This document shows, piece after piece, positions 1-8,739 of a stretch of DNA of 32,000 nt (position 1 is its first letter; the number at the start of each line of letters is the position of its first letter). Source of the DNA: Cyanobacteria bacterium P01_D01_bin.105 (GTDB lineage Bacteria > Cyanobacteriota > Cyanobacteriia > Phormidesmidales > Phormidesmidaceae); NCBI GenBank assembly GCA_039025345.1, contig JBCCOO010000022.1, positions 15,790 to 47,789 on the forward strand. Direction: 5' to 3'. The position numbers and the translations under genes are program-made. The notes beneath the pieces are model-generated. The model saw nothing but the letters and a program-made list of their open reading frames with translations. It was not told the origin of the DNA and made no database searches.

Positions 1-333
1 CAGACTGTGAAAATGGGCGGGAAACTGTCACTCGGGTATCGGCGAGCCGAAGCCCTGCAAGCGGGGCCTTTACTCAAAAAAGGCCAGATTATCGTCGGCC
101 ATGAGTTTCATCGATCTAGCGTAGTCTCCGAAATAGTCTCTGGCATAGCATCTGATAGAGAGGCGATGCGATCATATCCGGCCTATCGCACTCAGCGCTA
201 TTGGAACGCAGAGCGCAAACCAACAAATGAAGGCTATCAGCAAGGGAACCTTCATGCATCGTATGTGCATATTCACTTTGGCGGAAGGGATGCGATCGCG
301 CAAAAATTCATCGCATCCTGCCGTAGGGGCTGA
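1..333 (+). CDS. cbiA: 3' end of cobyrinate a,c-diamide synthase (CbiA/CobB family, glutamine amidotransferase domain). The 5' end lies upstream of the window.
   Basis: Frame 1 is open from base 1. The tail contains GHEFHRS and NLHASYVHIHF, which resemble the C-terminal GATase domain of CbiA/CobB. The stop TGA at 331-333 lies inside a perfect palindrome. Confidence 0.6.
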   Translation, partial: QTVKMGGKLSLGYRRAEALQAGPLLKKGQIIVGHEFHRSSVVSEIVSGIASDREAMRSYPAYRTQRYWNAERKPTNEGYQQGNLHASYVHIHFGGRDAIAQKFIASCRRG

Positions 334-353
334 GTATACTCAGCCCCTACGGC
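320..353. terminator. Perfect 34-bp palindrome (GCCGTAGGGGCTGAGTA/TACTCAGCCCCTACGGC) between convergent genes. Likely a bidirectional transcript-end hairpin.
   Basis: The two arms, 320-336 and 337-353, are exact reverse complements. The element spans the cbiA stop codon and lies 33 nt from the stop of the minus-strand epimerase gene. It has no clear U-tract. Confidence 0.45.
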
Positions 354-385
354 AGAATCGGCAAAATTCTATTGATTAATTTTTT

Positions 386-1315
386 CTAGCCAATCTTTTC
401 AACCACATCCCGCAGAGCTTCTTTTGCTTCCGCATAATCAAATGCAAAGCCTGCTGCCTGGGTTCTTTCCGGCAACACCTTCTGACCTTTCAGAACTACC
501 ACAGCACCATCACCCAACAATGCCTCAATCGCAAAATCAGGCACCGGCAACCAAGAAGGCCGATCCATCACCGCCCCTAACGTATCTGCCAATGTCTTCA
601 TGCGCACTGGGTCCGGAGCAGTTCCGTTATATACCCCCTGCATGGACGAATCGAGCAGTGCCTTGAGATACAGGCTCACCAAATCATCAACGTGAATCCA
701 AGAAAACCACTGCCGACCACTACCCACCGGGCCACCGGCATATAGCTTAAAGGGCATGATCATTTTGCCAATTGCACCCCCATCACCCAGCACAATTCCA
801 GTCCGAATAATCACCGTGCGCACACCCGAATCCTGCGCCTTCTTTGCCTCAGACTCCCAGGCTTGGCAAACCTGAGAAAGAAAATCGCTTTCAGCCGGTT
901 CACTCGTCTCAAAAAACTCTGCGGTTTCACTGGTGCCGTAGTAGCCAATCGCTGAAGTACTGACAAGGACAGCAGGCTTCTGTGCGGCCTTAGCAATTGC
1001 CTCCACCAGCTTCTGTGTCCCTACCTTGCGGCTATCCATAATTTGCTTTTTTCGATCTGTCGACCACCGCTCTGAGATCGGCTCACCCGCCAAGTTAATC
1101 ACCCCATCACAGCCGGAAATTGCGTTCTGCCAATCACCCGACTGAGTAGGGATATAGCTCACACACTCAACCGATTTGAACTTAGGCGCGGGAAACGCCT
1201 TTTTCGCTTTCTCCACACTACGCGTCAGCACTTTCACATCGTGCCCTTCATCCACAAGGCGAGCAACCAAATAAGACCCCACAAACCCTGTCGCACCCGT
1301 AACGGCAACTTTCAT
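386..1315 (-). CDS. Epimerase family protein, extended SDR (TIGR01777 / SDR39U1 / YfcH-like, with DUF1731-type C-terminus)
   Basis: 309-aa ORF. N-terminal Rossmann motif MKVAVTGATGFVGSYL. The overall length and the C-terminal GQKVLPERTQAAGFAF tail are typical of this family. Confidence 0.8.
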   Translation of the reverse strand: MKVAVTGATGFVGSYLVARLVDEGHDVKVLTRSVEKAKKAFPAPKFKSVECVSYIPTQSGDWQNAISGCDGVINLAGEPISERWSTDRKKQIMDSRKVGTQKLVEAIAKAAQKPAVLVSTSAIGYYGTSETAEFFETSEPAESDFLSQVCQAWESEAKKAQDSGVRTVIIRTGIVLGDGGAIGKMIMPFKLYAGGPVGSGRQWFSWIHVDDLVSLYLKALLDSSMQGVYNGTAPDPVRMKTLADTLGAVMDRPSWLPVPDFAIEALLGDGAVVVLKGQKVLPERTQAAGFAFDYAEAKEALRDVVEKIG

Positions 1316-1618
1316 AACTCAATTAATATTTCCATTTTTTATTCGCGGCTACTTAATAGTATTGCAAAGTAAGGATGCATTCTAATACTTTGTCTTGGTA
1401 AGCATTCTCTAGTGCCGCAAAGCGACACGGTTTCCTACAGCTGTCTGGATGCATATTCCTTAGACGAATACAATTCGCCAGGGTCACATCGCTGCAAATC
1501 GAGTCAGCCGTTTCGACTAAAAGCATCTGGCAATTACTGACGGCCTAACTCACGCCGACTTGCTGATAGTGTAGATTCCTGACAAGAACAGTTTTCTTCG
1601 TTTCTTCCTGTCGAGAAC

Positions 1619-2917
1619 ATGGTTAAGTTTCTGCACATTTCTGACATTCATCTTGGCTTTGATCGCTACGACAGTAAGGTGCGATCACTAGACTTTTTCT
1701 ACGCGCTACAAGACGTCCTCAAAAAATACGCCATTGATGAATCAGTAGATTTTGTCCTCATCGGCGGCGACCTCTTCGAGCATCGAAACATCAAGCCCGG
1801 CGTTTTGAACCAAGCCCAACTTTGCTTCCAAATGCTAAAAGAAGCCAACATTCCGGTGCTGGCCATTGAAGGAAACCATGACAATGCACCGTTTGGGACA
1901 AAATCGAGCTGGTTGCGCTATTTATCGGACTGGAAGCTGATCAAGCTTTTAGAACCAGGAAGCGCCAACAGAGGAGAACCGTTTTACTCAGCATGGGATG
2001 AAGAGACGCTGCGAGGCGGGTATATCGATATGCCCTGTGGCGTGAGGGTATTAGGCTCTAGTTGGTACGGAGCGGCAGCCCCTAGAGCCATTGAGCAAAT
2101 TGCAGAAGCGATTGGCGAATTACCCCCCGCACCAGGCCCCTCTATCTTGATGTTTCATCATGGACTGGAAGGGCAGATCGCTCGCTACTCAGGCGCACTG
2201 CGCTACACAGAAGTGCTGCCGCTAAAAAAAGCAGGCGTAAACTATCTGGCACTGGGACACATTCACAAAAACTACGAAGAAGAGGGTTGGATTTTTAATC
2301 CCGGATCTTTAGAAGCCAATAACGTTGAGGAGGGCCAGTTTAAGCGGGGAGCGTATCTGATTGAAATCGATAAAAGCGGCAAGATTTCGGCAGAGTTGAA
2401 GACAGATTATCAGCAGCGAAAAATCGTGCGGCTGAAACTGAAGATGAGAACGCAGGATCAGCTCGAAGCCGTTGCAGAAAACGCGGAGACACTTATTAAG
2501 AAGGCGATCAAGTCGAAAGAGATTGTGCCAGATGAGCAGCCCATCGTAGAGCTGTGGATTACGGGCACCGTAGGATTTGACCGATTGGAGTTAGATACTC
2601 GGGCCCTGCAAAGCAACCTTAAAACGCTGTGTGGGGCGCTGATTCTGCTGCTGCGCTATGACGTGAATGAAGCGGCATACGAGTCTCCAATTGCAGATGA
2701 GGCGAGCCGGTTGCAGGTAGAGCAGGAAGTGTTTACGGACTTGCTAGCAGCGAATGCCAACTATAAAAAGCGAGCGGAGCGGCTGGCACAGGGACTGATC
2801 GATTTGAAGGATAGACAAATGGCAGGGGAAAACGAGGAGCACCTGTATGAGTTTGTGGAAAAGATTTTGATTGAAAAGGATGAGGGCACAAAATCAGTGA
2901 ATGGCACTAGTGAATAA
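1619..2917 (+). CDS. SbcD/Mre11-like calcineurin-type metallophosphoesterase (DNA repair exonuclease family)
   Basis: 432-aa ORF carrying the phosphoesterase motifs ISDIHLG, GGDLFE, EGNHD, MFHHG and GHIH in canonical order. Confidence 0.8.
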   Translation: MVKFLHISDIHLGFDRYDSKVRSLDFFYALQDVLKKYAIDESVDFVLIGGDLFEHRNIKPGVLNQAQLCFQMLKEANIPVLAIEGNHDNAPFGTKSSWLRYLSDWKLIKLLEPGSANRGEPFYSAWDEETLRGGYIDMPCGVRVLGSSWYGAAAPRAIEQIAEAIGELPPAPGPSILMFHHGLEGQIARYSGALRYTEVLPLKKAGVNYLALGHIHKNYEEEGWIFNPGSLEANNVEEGQFKRGAYLIEIDKSGKISAELKTDYQQRKIVRLKLKMRTQDQLEAVAENAETLIKKAIKSKEIVPDEQPIVELWITGTVGFDRLELDTRALQSNLKTLCGALILLLRYDVNEAAYESPIADEASRLQVEQEVFTDLLAANANYKKRAERLAQGLIDLKDRQMAGENEEHLYEFVEKILIEKDEGTKSVNGTSE

Positions 2918-3704
2918 ACAACGCGCGCTGCTGCCAAAGCATCCACACACCGCTAAAACCAACGAAGCTAAGCACTGCAATTTGGAACTGCGCCGCGCTC
3001 ATCTTTTCTAATACGATGCGACCTAGCCAATTAGCGGGAAAGGCTGCGCAGCCGATGAGCAGCCCGTAACCTACGAGGCGAGGCGACAGAACGCCGAGCA
3101 CTGTGTAAGTCAAGATTTTAATAACGTGCGTGAGCGTCAGACTCGCAGCACGAGTGGCTACCATAGCCTCCTTTTCAAGGCCGTAGTTAAGATAGGCCGG
3201 ATTTAGGATGGGGCCGGTGCTACCGACAAGCCCTGAGAGAACGGCATTGCAGAAGCCAAGCGGGAGAAAATGCCATGCTTTGAATGAAAAGAATGGACGC
3301 TGGCTTTGCCCATCCGCAAGAGACTTGCTCAACAAAGCCCTGACTAATACATGCATCACCATGTATATCAAGGTGATCGCCACAAAAACCTGTAGCCCCT
3401 GTGCTTCTACTTGAGTAAATGCATAGGCTCCCAAGACAGCCCCTACAACCACACCCGGCACCTGCCAAAGCGTCAGAGACCAGTCAATATGCGGCCACAG
3501 CAACAGGCCACGCTGCACATTGCCCAAGACGCTGCCAATGGTGAGTACTGGTGCTACGGCCTGAGCGCCTAACAATAGCGTCACTAAGGGGATCAGAATC
3601 AATGGGCTCCCCCCGCCTACCAACATGCTGACGAACCAGGCAAGGAAACTAACTGCAGCAAGGAGAAAAATCAGCAAGGCAGAAGACATGTAACAAATCG
3701 ACAA
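2907..3704 (-). CDS. TSUP family (TauE/SafE-type) anion transporter membrane protein
   Basis: 265-aa polytopic hydrophobic ORF with a two-halves repeat architecture and Gly-rich helices (GGGSPLILIPL, GLVGSTGPILNP). Its 3' end overlaps the convergent SbcD-like gene by 11 nt. Confidence 0.7.
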   Translation of the reverse strand: MSICYMSSALLIFLLAAVSFLAWFVSMLVGGGSPLILIPLVTLLLGAQAVAPVLTIGSVLGNVQRGLLLWPHIDWSLTLWQVPGVVVGAVLGAYAFTQVEAQGLQVFVAITLIYMVMHVLVRALLSKSLADGQSQRPFFSFKAWHFLPLGFCNAVLSGLVGSTGPILNPAYLNYGLEKEAMVATRAASLTLTHVIKILTYTVLGVLSPRLVGYGLLIGCAAFPANWLGRIVLEKMSAAQFQIAVLSFVGFSGVWMLWQQRALFIH

Positions 3705-3884
3705 GGCAGACTATTAACCTGCTCTTAATCATAGAACCTCGTTGCTTAGAATGCCGCGATCGCCTGCGCGGATGATCCGTGGCTTGTTATGAATTTGATC
3801 GGTTTGAGTACCCTGAGCTCAGTCTCATCGTTATAAAGGGCTGCTTTAAGCAGGCTACCGACCAAAAGATCGACCGAAAGAGCT

Positions 3885-6320
3885 ATGACAACTGCAACGG
3901 ATTGGGAAGGGTTGCTTAACACCGGCATCACTGCCTACAAACGAGGCCACTACACGCAGGCGATCGCCACCTTCAAACAACTCGGCCGTTGTCCCAGCAG
4001 CACTCTGCGCACTAAAGCTGGCATGGGACTTGTCCGCGCGTACATGGCGACACAAAATTGGGGTCGCGCTAAGGCACTTTGTGAAACCATCAAAATCAGT
4101 TCTAACCCGGCTGTGCAGACATGGGCAAAAGACACCCTCAGCAAAATTGAGCAACGAAGTCAGCAAGCTTCAACCGCCGCAGATTTATCAGGATTCACGC
4201 CGCTGGGCTCTTCTCGCACCCCAGCAGAAGATATTGGGGCGGGAAATATTCGGGCGGGAAATATTCGGGCAGAAAGAGAATCGAGACTATCGATCTTTCA
4301 CTACGATTATCTGAACGATGAAATCGAGGCCAAAAAGACAGACACAGCGGACATAATCACCAATCAGACAACGACAGAAGAACTGCCCAATAACACGACG
4401 CTAACAGCCGTCACACCTATATCCACAAAAAAACCTGATGAGTCCCAACCCAGCTACGAGTGGCGCAATTCAGGGCGACTGAGCAAAGGGCGATCGCTCG
4501 GCAAAATGAAGCGACAACAAATTTGGCTCTCACAAACCTTCGGGGCGATCAGCCTCTACGCCCTTGTGTTGTTTGTGACCCACAGCATGATTGTTGAATA
4601 CAACAACTTTATTCGCCTCATCAGCCGATTACTGCCCTTTTGGATAATCCAACACCTACCGCTTCAGTCCCTTTCAGATAACTACGGCGATCTCGCGTTA
4701 AAAGAGCTTATTGCTTGGGGAGCCGCCGCAATCGCGGCCCCATGGCTATGGGACTTATGTCTCCGCTTTACAACTCAGCGTCAGTCATTCTCAACCCAAA
4801 AGTTACGCCAGCACTCGCCCGAAGCAGCCAGCCTAATGACTAAACGCTGCCAAAAACAACACTGGCCAACGCCGACCCTCTGGAAGCTCACTACAAGCGT
4901 TCCTTTACTGTTTTCCTACGGTTGGCGCCCTCGCAATGCTCGATTAGTCGTAACAGATGGCCTTTTATCTAACCTCTCCGCAGAGGAACTTGCGACCCTT
5001 GTGAGCTATGAGATGTCGCACTGGCAGACCCTCTACTGGCCGCTGTTGTCGCTGCAAGGATTAGTACTGCTGCTATTCCATCAGGGATATTGGACAGTGG
5101 CGCTGTGGGGTAACCGACAGTCCGGCCACCTGCGGTGGATGGCAGGCGTGCTCAGCAATGTCAGCTACGGCCTCTTTTGGATCATTCGACTGCCAGGACT
5201 GTGGGTCAGTCGGGTGCGGACATATTACGGCGATCGCGCAGCTGTACAGCTCACTGGCAATCCAAACGCCCTTACCCGAGCCCTCGCAAAGCTCTCCTTT
5301 GCGTTAGCTCACAGCACCGAACAACAGGGATACACGCCCCCAACTATTGAGCAATTCTCATTGTTACTGCCTGTTTCTATGGAACTAACTCGCAGCAGCT
5401 TATATGGCACGTTGCCACTGGCTGAGGTGTTTGCTTGGGACAGTCAGCACCCGCTACGGAACTGGATGAGTGTGCAAGATCCGCATCCGCCGTTGGGCGA
5501 TCGTCTCCGCTTACTGATGGCCTATGCCAAACACTGGAAGCTAGAACCAGAAATTCCATTTGCCACGATTGCGTCAATGAGGAAAAAGGGACTTTCCAGG
5601 CAAAACTGGTTTACGCTGATTCGCCAAGGCACCCCGTTTTTTGGACTGATCATAGGCATCGGCATTGGACTGGGCTGTTGGGTGCTCGGCGGGATAGGGC
5701 ACTGGCTAGAATGGCCTGCTATAGATTGGATGTACGAGGACTCTGGCATATTCTGGTTCTGCCCACTGATGGGATTTGGCCTGGGCACAGTTTTAAGGAT
5801 GAATCAATTCTTTCCAGACCTATCTCTTGGCATGCCATCCTCCCAGGATATGCCTAGTCGGCTTTGCGATACGACGCTTTTACCGCTGGATAGCCCTGCG
5901 ACAAAACTCTCCGGCACCGTTTTAGGCAGACCCGGACTCGCCAACGGGCTCGGTCAAGATCTGATGCTTAAAACATCGGATGGGATACTAAAGCTGCATG
6001 TTTTTTCTACGCTAGATGCCGCGATTGGGCCCATCAATACCTACTTTCTGCTTGCGCTTGGCCCATTTGGGAATTTAATTGCTCAGCGCGATCGCCCCTC
6101 TAAACTTCTGGGTAAATCTGTACAGATTATCGGTTGGTTTCGCCGAGGCAACCAAGTTTGGCTCGACGTCAATAAAGTGCGCCTCAGTAACGGCAGGGTA
6201 ATAGAAGGCACACATCCGATAACCTCCCTAGGAATAGCAGTCATTGCCAGCGGGCTAGCGCTTTGGCTACTAGGTTTTGGACAAATCTTTCAAGAAATCT
6301 GGCATCAGATTAAATACTAG
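3885..6320 (+). CDS. Large membrane protein with an N-terminal TPR-like segment, a low-complexity linker, an M48 (HtpX/Ste24)-like peptidase core with a degenerate zinc motif, and C-terminal TM helices
   Basis: 811-aa ORF. It has a TPR-like N-terminus (GITAYKRGHYTQAIATFKQL). The M48-like block is RLVVTDGLLSNLSAEELATLVSYEMSHW, where canonical M48 has HExxH. Multiple predicted TM segments are present. Confidence 0.6.
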   Translation: MTTATDWEGLLNTGITAYKRGHYTQAIATFKQLGRCPSSTLRTKAGMGLVRAYMATQNWGRAKALCETIKISSNPAVQTWAKDTLSKIEQRSQQASTAADLSGFTPLGSSRTPAEDIGAGNIRAGNIRAERESRLSIFHYDYLNDEIEAKKTDTADIITNQTTTEELPNNTTLTAVTPISTKKPDESQPSYEWRNSGRLSKGRSLGKMKRQQIWLSQTFGAISLYALVLFVTHSMIVEYNNFIRLISRLLPFWIIQHLPLQSLSDNYGDLALKELIAWGAAAIAAPWLWDLCLRFTTQRQSFSTQKLRQHSPEAASLMTKRCQKQHWPTPTLWKLTTSVPLLFSYGWRPRNARLVVTDGLLSNLSAEELATLVSYEMSHWQTLYWPLLSLQGLVLLLFHQGYWTVALWGNRQSGHLRWMAGVLSNVSYGLFWIIRLPGLWVSRVRTYYGDRAAVQLTGNPNALTRALAKLSFALAHSTEQQGYTPPTIEQFSLLLPVSMELTRSSLYGTLPLAEVFAWDSQHPLRNWMSVQDPHPPLGDRLRLLMAYAKHWKLEPEIPFATIASMRKKGLSRQNWFTLIRQGTPFFGLIIGIGIGLGCWVLGGIGHWLEWPAIDWMYEDSGIFWFCPLMGFGLGTVLRMNQFFPDLSLGMPSSQDMPSRLCDTTLLPLDSPATKLSGTVLGRPGLANGLGQDLMLKTSDGILKLHVFSTLDAAIGPINTYFLLALGPFGNLIAQRDRPSKLLGKSVQIIGWFRRGNQVWLDVNKVRLSNGRVIEGTHPITSLGIAVIASGLALWLLGFGQIFQEIWHQIKY

Positions 6321-6342
6321 ACGGAAACGAATAAGTGATATG

Positions 6343-6370
6343 GCAATCGACGGATGCATCCGTCGATTGC
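6343..6370. repeat. Perfect 28-bp palindrome (GCAATCGACGGATG/CATCCGTCGATTGC), 23 nt downstream of the M48-like gene stop
   Basis: The arms are exact reverse complements. No U-tract follows, so termination function is uncertain. Confidence 0.4.
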
Positions 6371-6711
6371 TATTCAGGTTAGCTACTGCTCTGTAACAGT
6401 TTCAGCCAATGATAGTGCCCTAACTAACCTGACAGATGCAATAGTTAGCAGACAGGCGCTACACATAGACTGAAATATCTGTGTAGCGCGTACCGGGTGC
6501 ATACTCTGTCAATCGGGCAACGCTACACACTTGCCTTAGAGATCTATGGCATTTATTTTGTCAAGCAATATTGCGAACTCTGTCAGATAATGTTACATTC
6601 TTTCGCAAGAACTTGATTCGTCTATGTATCGCTCGACTTCTTGTCGGTTTATCCACAGCAGGCGTTTGTGAAAATAGGGCATCGGTTCTCCTACTCTCAA
6701 CACAGCATCAT

Positions 6712-6750
6712 AGTCAGCCGGCAGAGTCGGCTGACTTTTTTTTGTTTTTT
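6712..6750 (+). terminator. Rho-independent terminator with no coding gene immediately upstream
   Basis: A GC-rich 9-bp stem (AGTCAGCCG / CGGCTGACT) with a 7-nt loop (GCAGAGT) is followed directly by the T-rich run TTTTTTTGTTTTTT. Confidence 0.7.
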
Positions 6751-7190
6751 CTCTGTGAGTTTAAAATCTAAAAACTTGCCTGTTGGGCAACAAAGTAGAT
6801 GCACACTTGCCGTGGATGCTGAGCCTGCGTACACTTCTGCTAGCTTGTCTCAGTTGTACGTATCACTCAAGTGAGACAAGCTATATCAAAAAGGCTCGCC
6901 AAAAGGACTTCTAAACAGATAGAAGTCTTGTCATTTGGAACTATTTAATGACTGGTATGACTACAGACCTCGTGATAGTTTAAAGAAGATAAAGGAAAAG
7001 AAATTCTGTTTCATATCCCACGGGTCAAGGCATCGTCAGCGTCTCCAAACGGTTGAGGCTCCTATGCCAAGCGGCACTTTTAGGCATGCATCCATCAACG
7101 CCTAATAGGACAACAGATGCCGGACAGACGCTTTTTTGAGCTTGTTTTTTAAGCTTGTACTCGCATTTAAGAAGTTAGAGGTCATTCTCA

Positions 7191-7628
7191 ATGTCAGTTC
7201 GTTTGTACTTTGGCAATTTGCCAAGAGATTTAGAGCGTGAAGCTTTTGAAGCCCTTCTCGCTGAAGAGTCTGAAAATTTAGTTTCAGTTAAACTGATTTC
7301 AGATAACAAGACCGGTAAGTGTCGTGGCTTTGGCTTTGTCACCGCCAAAGATGATGAAACAGCAACTGCTCTAGTTGAAAAGTACAACGGTTCTTCTTTG
7401 CAGGATGCAACCCTGAAAGTTGAAAAGGCTCGCGAGAAAGACAGTAGCACTGACGGCCGTGAAGGTAACAGCAGCAGTCGACGGAGCAAAAAAGGCGGAA
7501 ACCGGCGTGGTGGGAACACTGTCGTGGTTTCTGAGACCCAGTCAGCAGCGGCTGAGCCCGATCCACGCTGGGCACAGGATTTAGCGAAGCTTAAAGAAAT
7601 GTTGGCTGCTCAGGCAACGCCTTCTTAG
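7191..7628 (+). CDS. RRM-type RNA-binding protein (cyanobacterial Rbp class with an Arg/Ser/Gly-rich linker and a conserved C-terminal PDPRWA motif)
   Basis: 145-aa ORF with RNP2 (LYFGNL) and RNP1 (CRGFGFV) motifs and a C-terminal PDPRWAQDLAKLKEML. Confidence 0.85.
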   Translation: MSVRLYFGNLPRDLEREAFEALLAEESENLVSVKLISDNKTGKCRGFGFVTAKDDETATALVEKYNGSSLQDATLKVEKAREKDSSTDGREGNSSSRRSKKGGNRRGGNTVVVSETQSAAAEPDPRWAQDLAKLKEMLAAQATPS

Positions 7629-7646
7629 TTGAAAAAGCCCCGTTTC

Positions 7647-7678
7647 CGACTGAACTTTCAGCGCTGAAAGTTCAGTCG
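7647..7678. repeat. Perfect 32-bp palindrome (CGACTGAACTTTCAGC/GCTGAAAGTTCAGTCG), 19 nt after the rbp stop
   Basis: The arms are exact reverse complements. It is likely a 3'-end hairpin for the rbp mRNA. Confidence 0.5.
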
Positions 7679-7705
7679 AAATAAGTTCAGGTTAAATTTT
7701 AGACA

Positions 7706-7749
7706 GATAAAAAGCCGCTTATCTCACTGCTGATAAGCGGCTTTTTATC
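7706..7749. terminator. Bidirectional rho-independent terminator between convergent rbp (+) and crtB (-)
   Basis: An 18-bp perfect stem (GATAAAAAGCCGCTTATC / GATAAGCGGCTTTTTATC) with an 8-nt loop. The A-run on the 5' side and T-run on the 3' side give a U-tract on both strands. Confidence 0.8.
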
Positions 7750-7794
7750 CAATGACTGGTTTGCACGGCCAATCACAATAGCCGCCCATAATGT

Positions 7795-8739
7795 CTATGA
7801 AATTCGAGCCCGCAGGAGCGCTTGAGGAAGACATGCGAATTTGCGCACTTTGGGTACGAAGGCACGTCTATTAAAGACGTCGTAATCGTTTTCCTCTATG
7901 ACAGTCAGGATCTTGCGGTAAAGCATGAGGGCCGTCCAAACAGGCCAGCGAGCGTCAGGATGCAAGCGACTAATGCCACTTTCGGCTTCTCGGTAATACT
8001 TCAAAGCTCTTTGAATTTGAAACCGCATGAGGGCCCGCCAGCGGTCATCAATAACGCTATTGAACAGGTCTTCAGGCGTATAGTCGAAGAGGGCTAAATC
8101 TTCTAACGGGAGATAAATGCGATCACGCCTTGCATCTTCACCGACATCCCTCAAAATATTGGTCAGCTGATTCGCGATGCCCAATGAAACGGCTTCAGGA
8201 ATCGGCGGTAAAGAAGGTTTTTGCTTTTTCCACGGCGCTGTGTTCACACCTCTATCCATACCCATCACAGTGGTAGACATCAGGCCCACGGTGCCAGCGA
8301 CACGATAGCAATAAAGCTTCAACTCTTCAAAAGAGTCATACCTAGAGCGATGCAAGTCCATCCTTTGCCCTGAAATCATGTCCCTAAAGGGCTGAATGTC
8401 GAGGTCATAGCGCTCAAGCGTATCGACCATCGCAACATCCAAATCATCTTTTGGGTGACCTGCAAATAGCTTTTCAAGCTGCCCTTCCCAATGGTTGAGG
8501 GTAGCTTCAGTGGTGAACTTTCCCTGGGGACCATCGACCAGCTCATCCGTACGGCGGCACCATACGTAAATGGCCCAAATGGCCCGACGCTTGGACTTAG
8601 GCATGAGTAACGTTCCCATATAGAACGTTTTAGAAAATTCTGCCGTAATCTGACGGCACTGCTCGTAGGATTCCTCAAGGGATGCAAACTTAGGAGCGGC
8701 GGTAGTAGTTGTAGAAGGGTGGGTCAGTTGCAGCATCAA
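7795..8739 (-). CDS. crtB: Phytoene synthase (15-cis-phytoene synthase)
   Basis: 314-aa ORF with squalene/phytoene synthase signatures YVWCRRTDELVD and GIANQLTNILRDVGEDARRDRIYLP. Confidence 0.9.
   Translation of the reverse strand: MMLQLTHPSTTTTAAPKFASLEESYEQCRQITAEFSKTFYMGTLLMPKSKRRAIWAIYVWCRRTDELVDGPQGKFTTEATLNHWEGQLEKLFAGHPKDDLDVAMVDTLERYDLDIQPFRDMISGQRMDLHRSRYDSFEELKLYCYRVAGTVGLMSTTVMGMDRGVNTAPWKKQKPSLPPIPEAVSLGIANQLTNILRDVGEDARRDRIYLPLEDLALFDYTPEDLFNSVIDDRWRALMRFQIQRALKYYREAESGISRLHPDARWPVWTALMLYRKILTVIEENDYDVFNRRAFVPKVRKFACLPQALLRARIS

Noticed and set aside
3746-4314. Small ORFs around the 5' end of the 811-aa gene (3746-3931 -, 3855-4166 -, 3950-4144 -, 4030-4314 +)
   Set aside because: They overlap or lie antisense to the long TPR/M48-like ORF and have no independent support.
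6687-6703. Identification of the candidate sRNA as Yfr1
   Set aside because: Yfr1 is defined by the invariant ACUCCUCACAC core. The sequence here is UCUCCUACUCUCAACAC, which is similar in flavour but not a match, so I keep it only as a generic sRNA candidate.
7175-7575. Minus-strand ORFs antisense to rbp (7175-7519, 7339-7575)
   Set aside because: The + strand encodes an RRM protein with canonical RNP1 and RNP2 motifs. The antisense frames are Pro/Leu/Ser/Arg-rich shadows.
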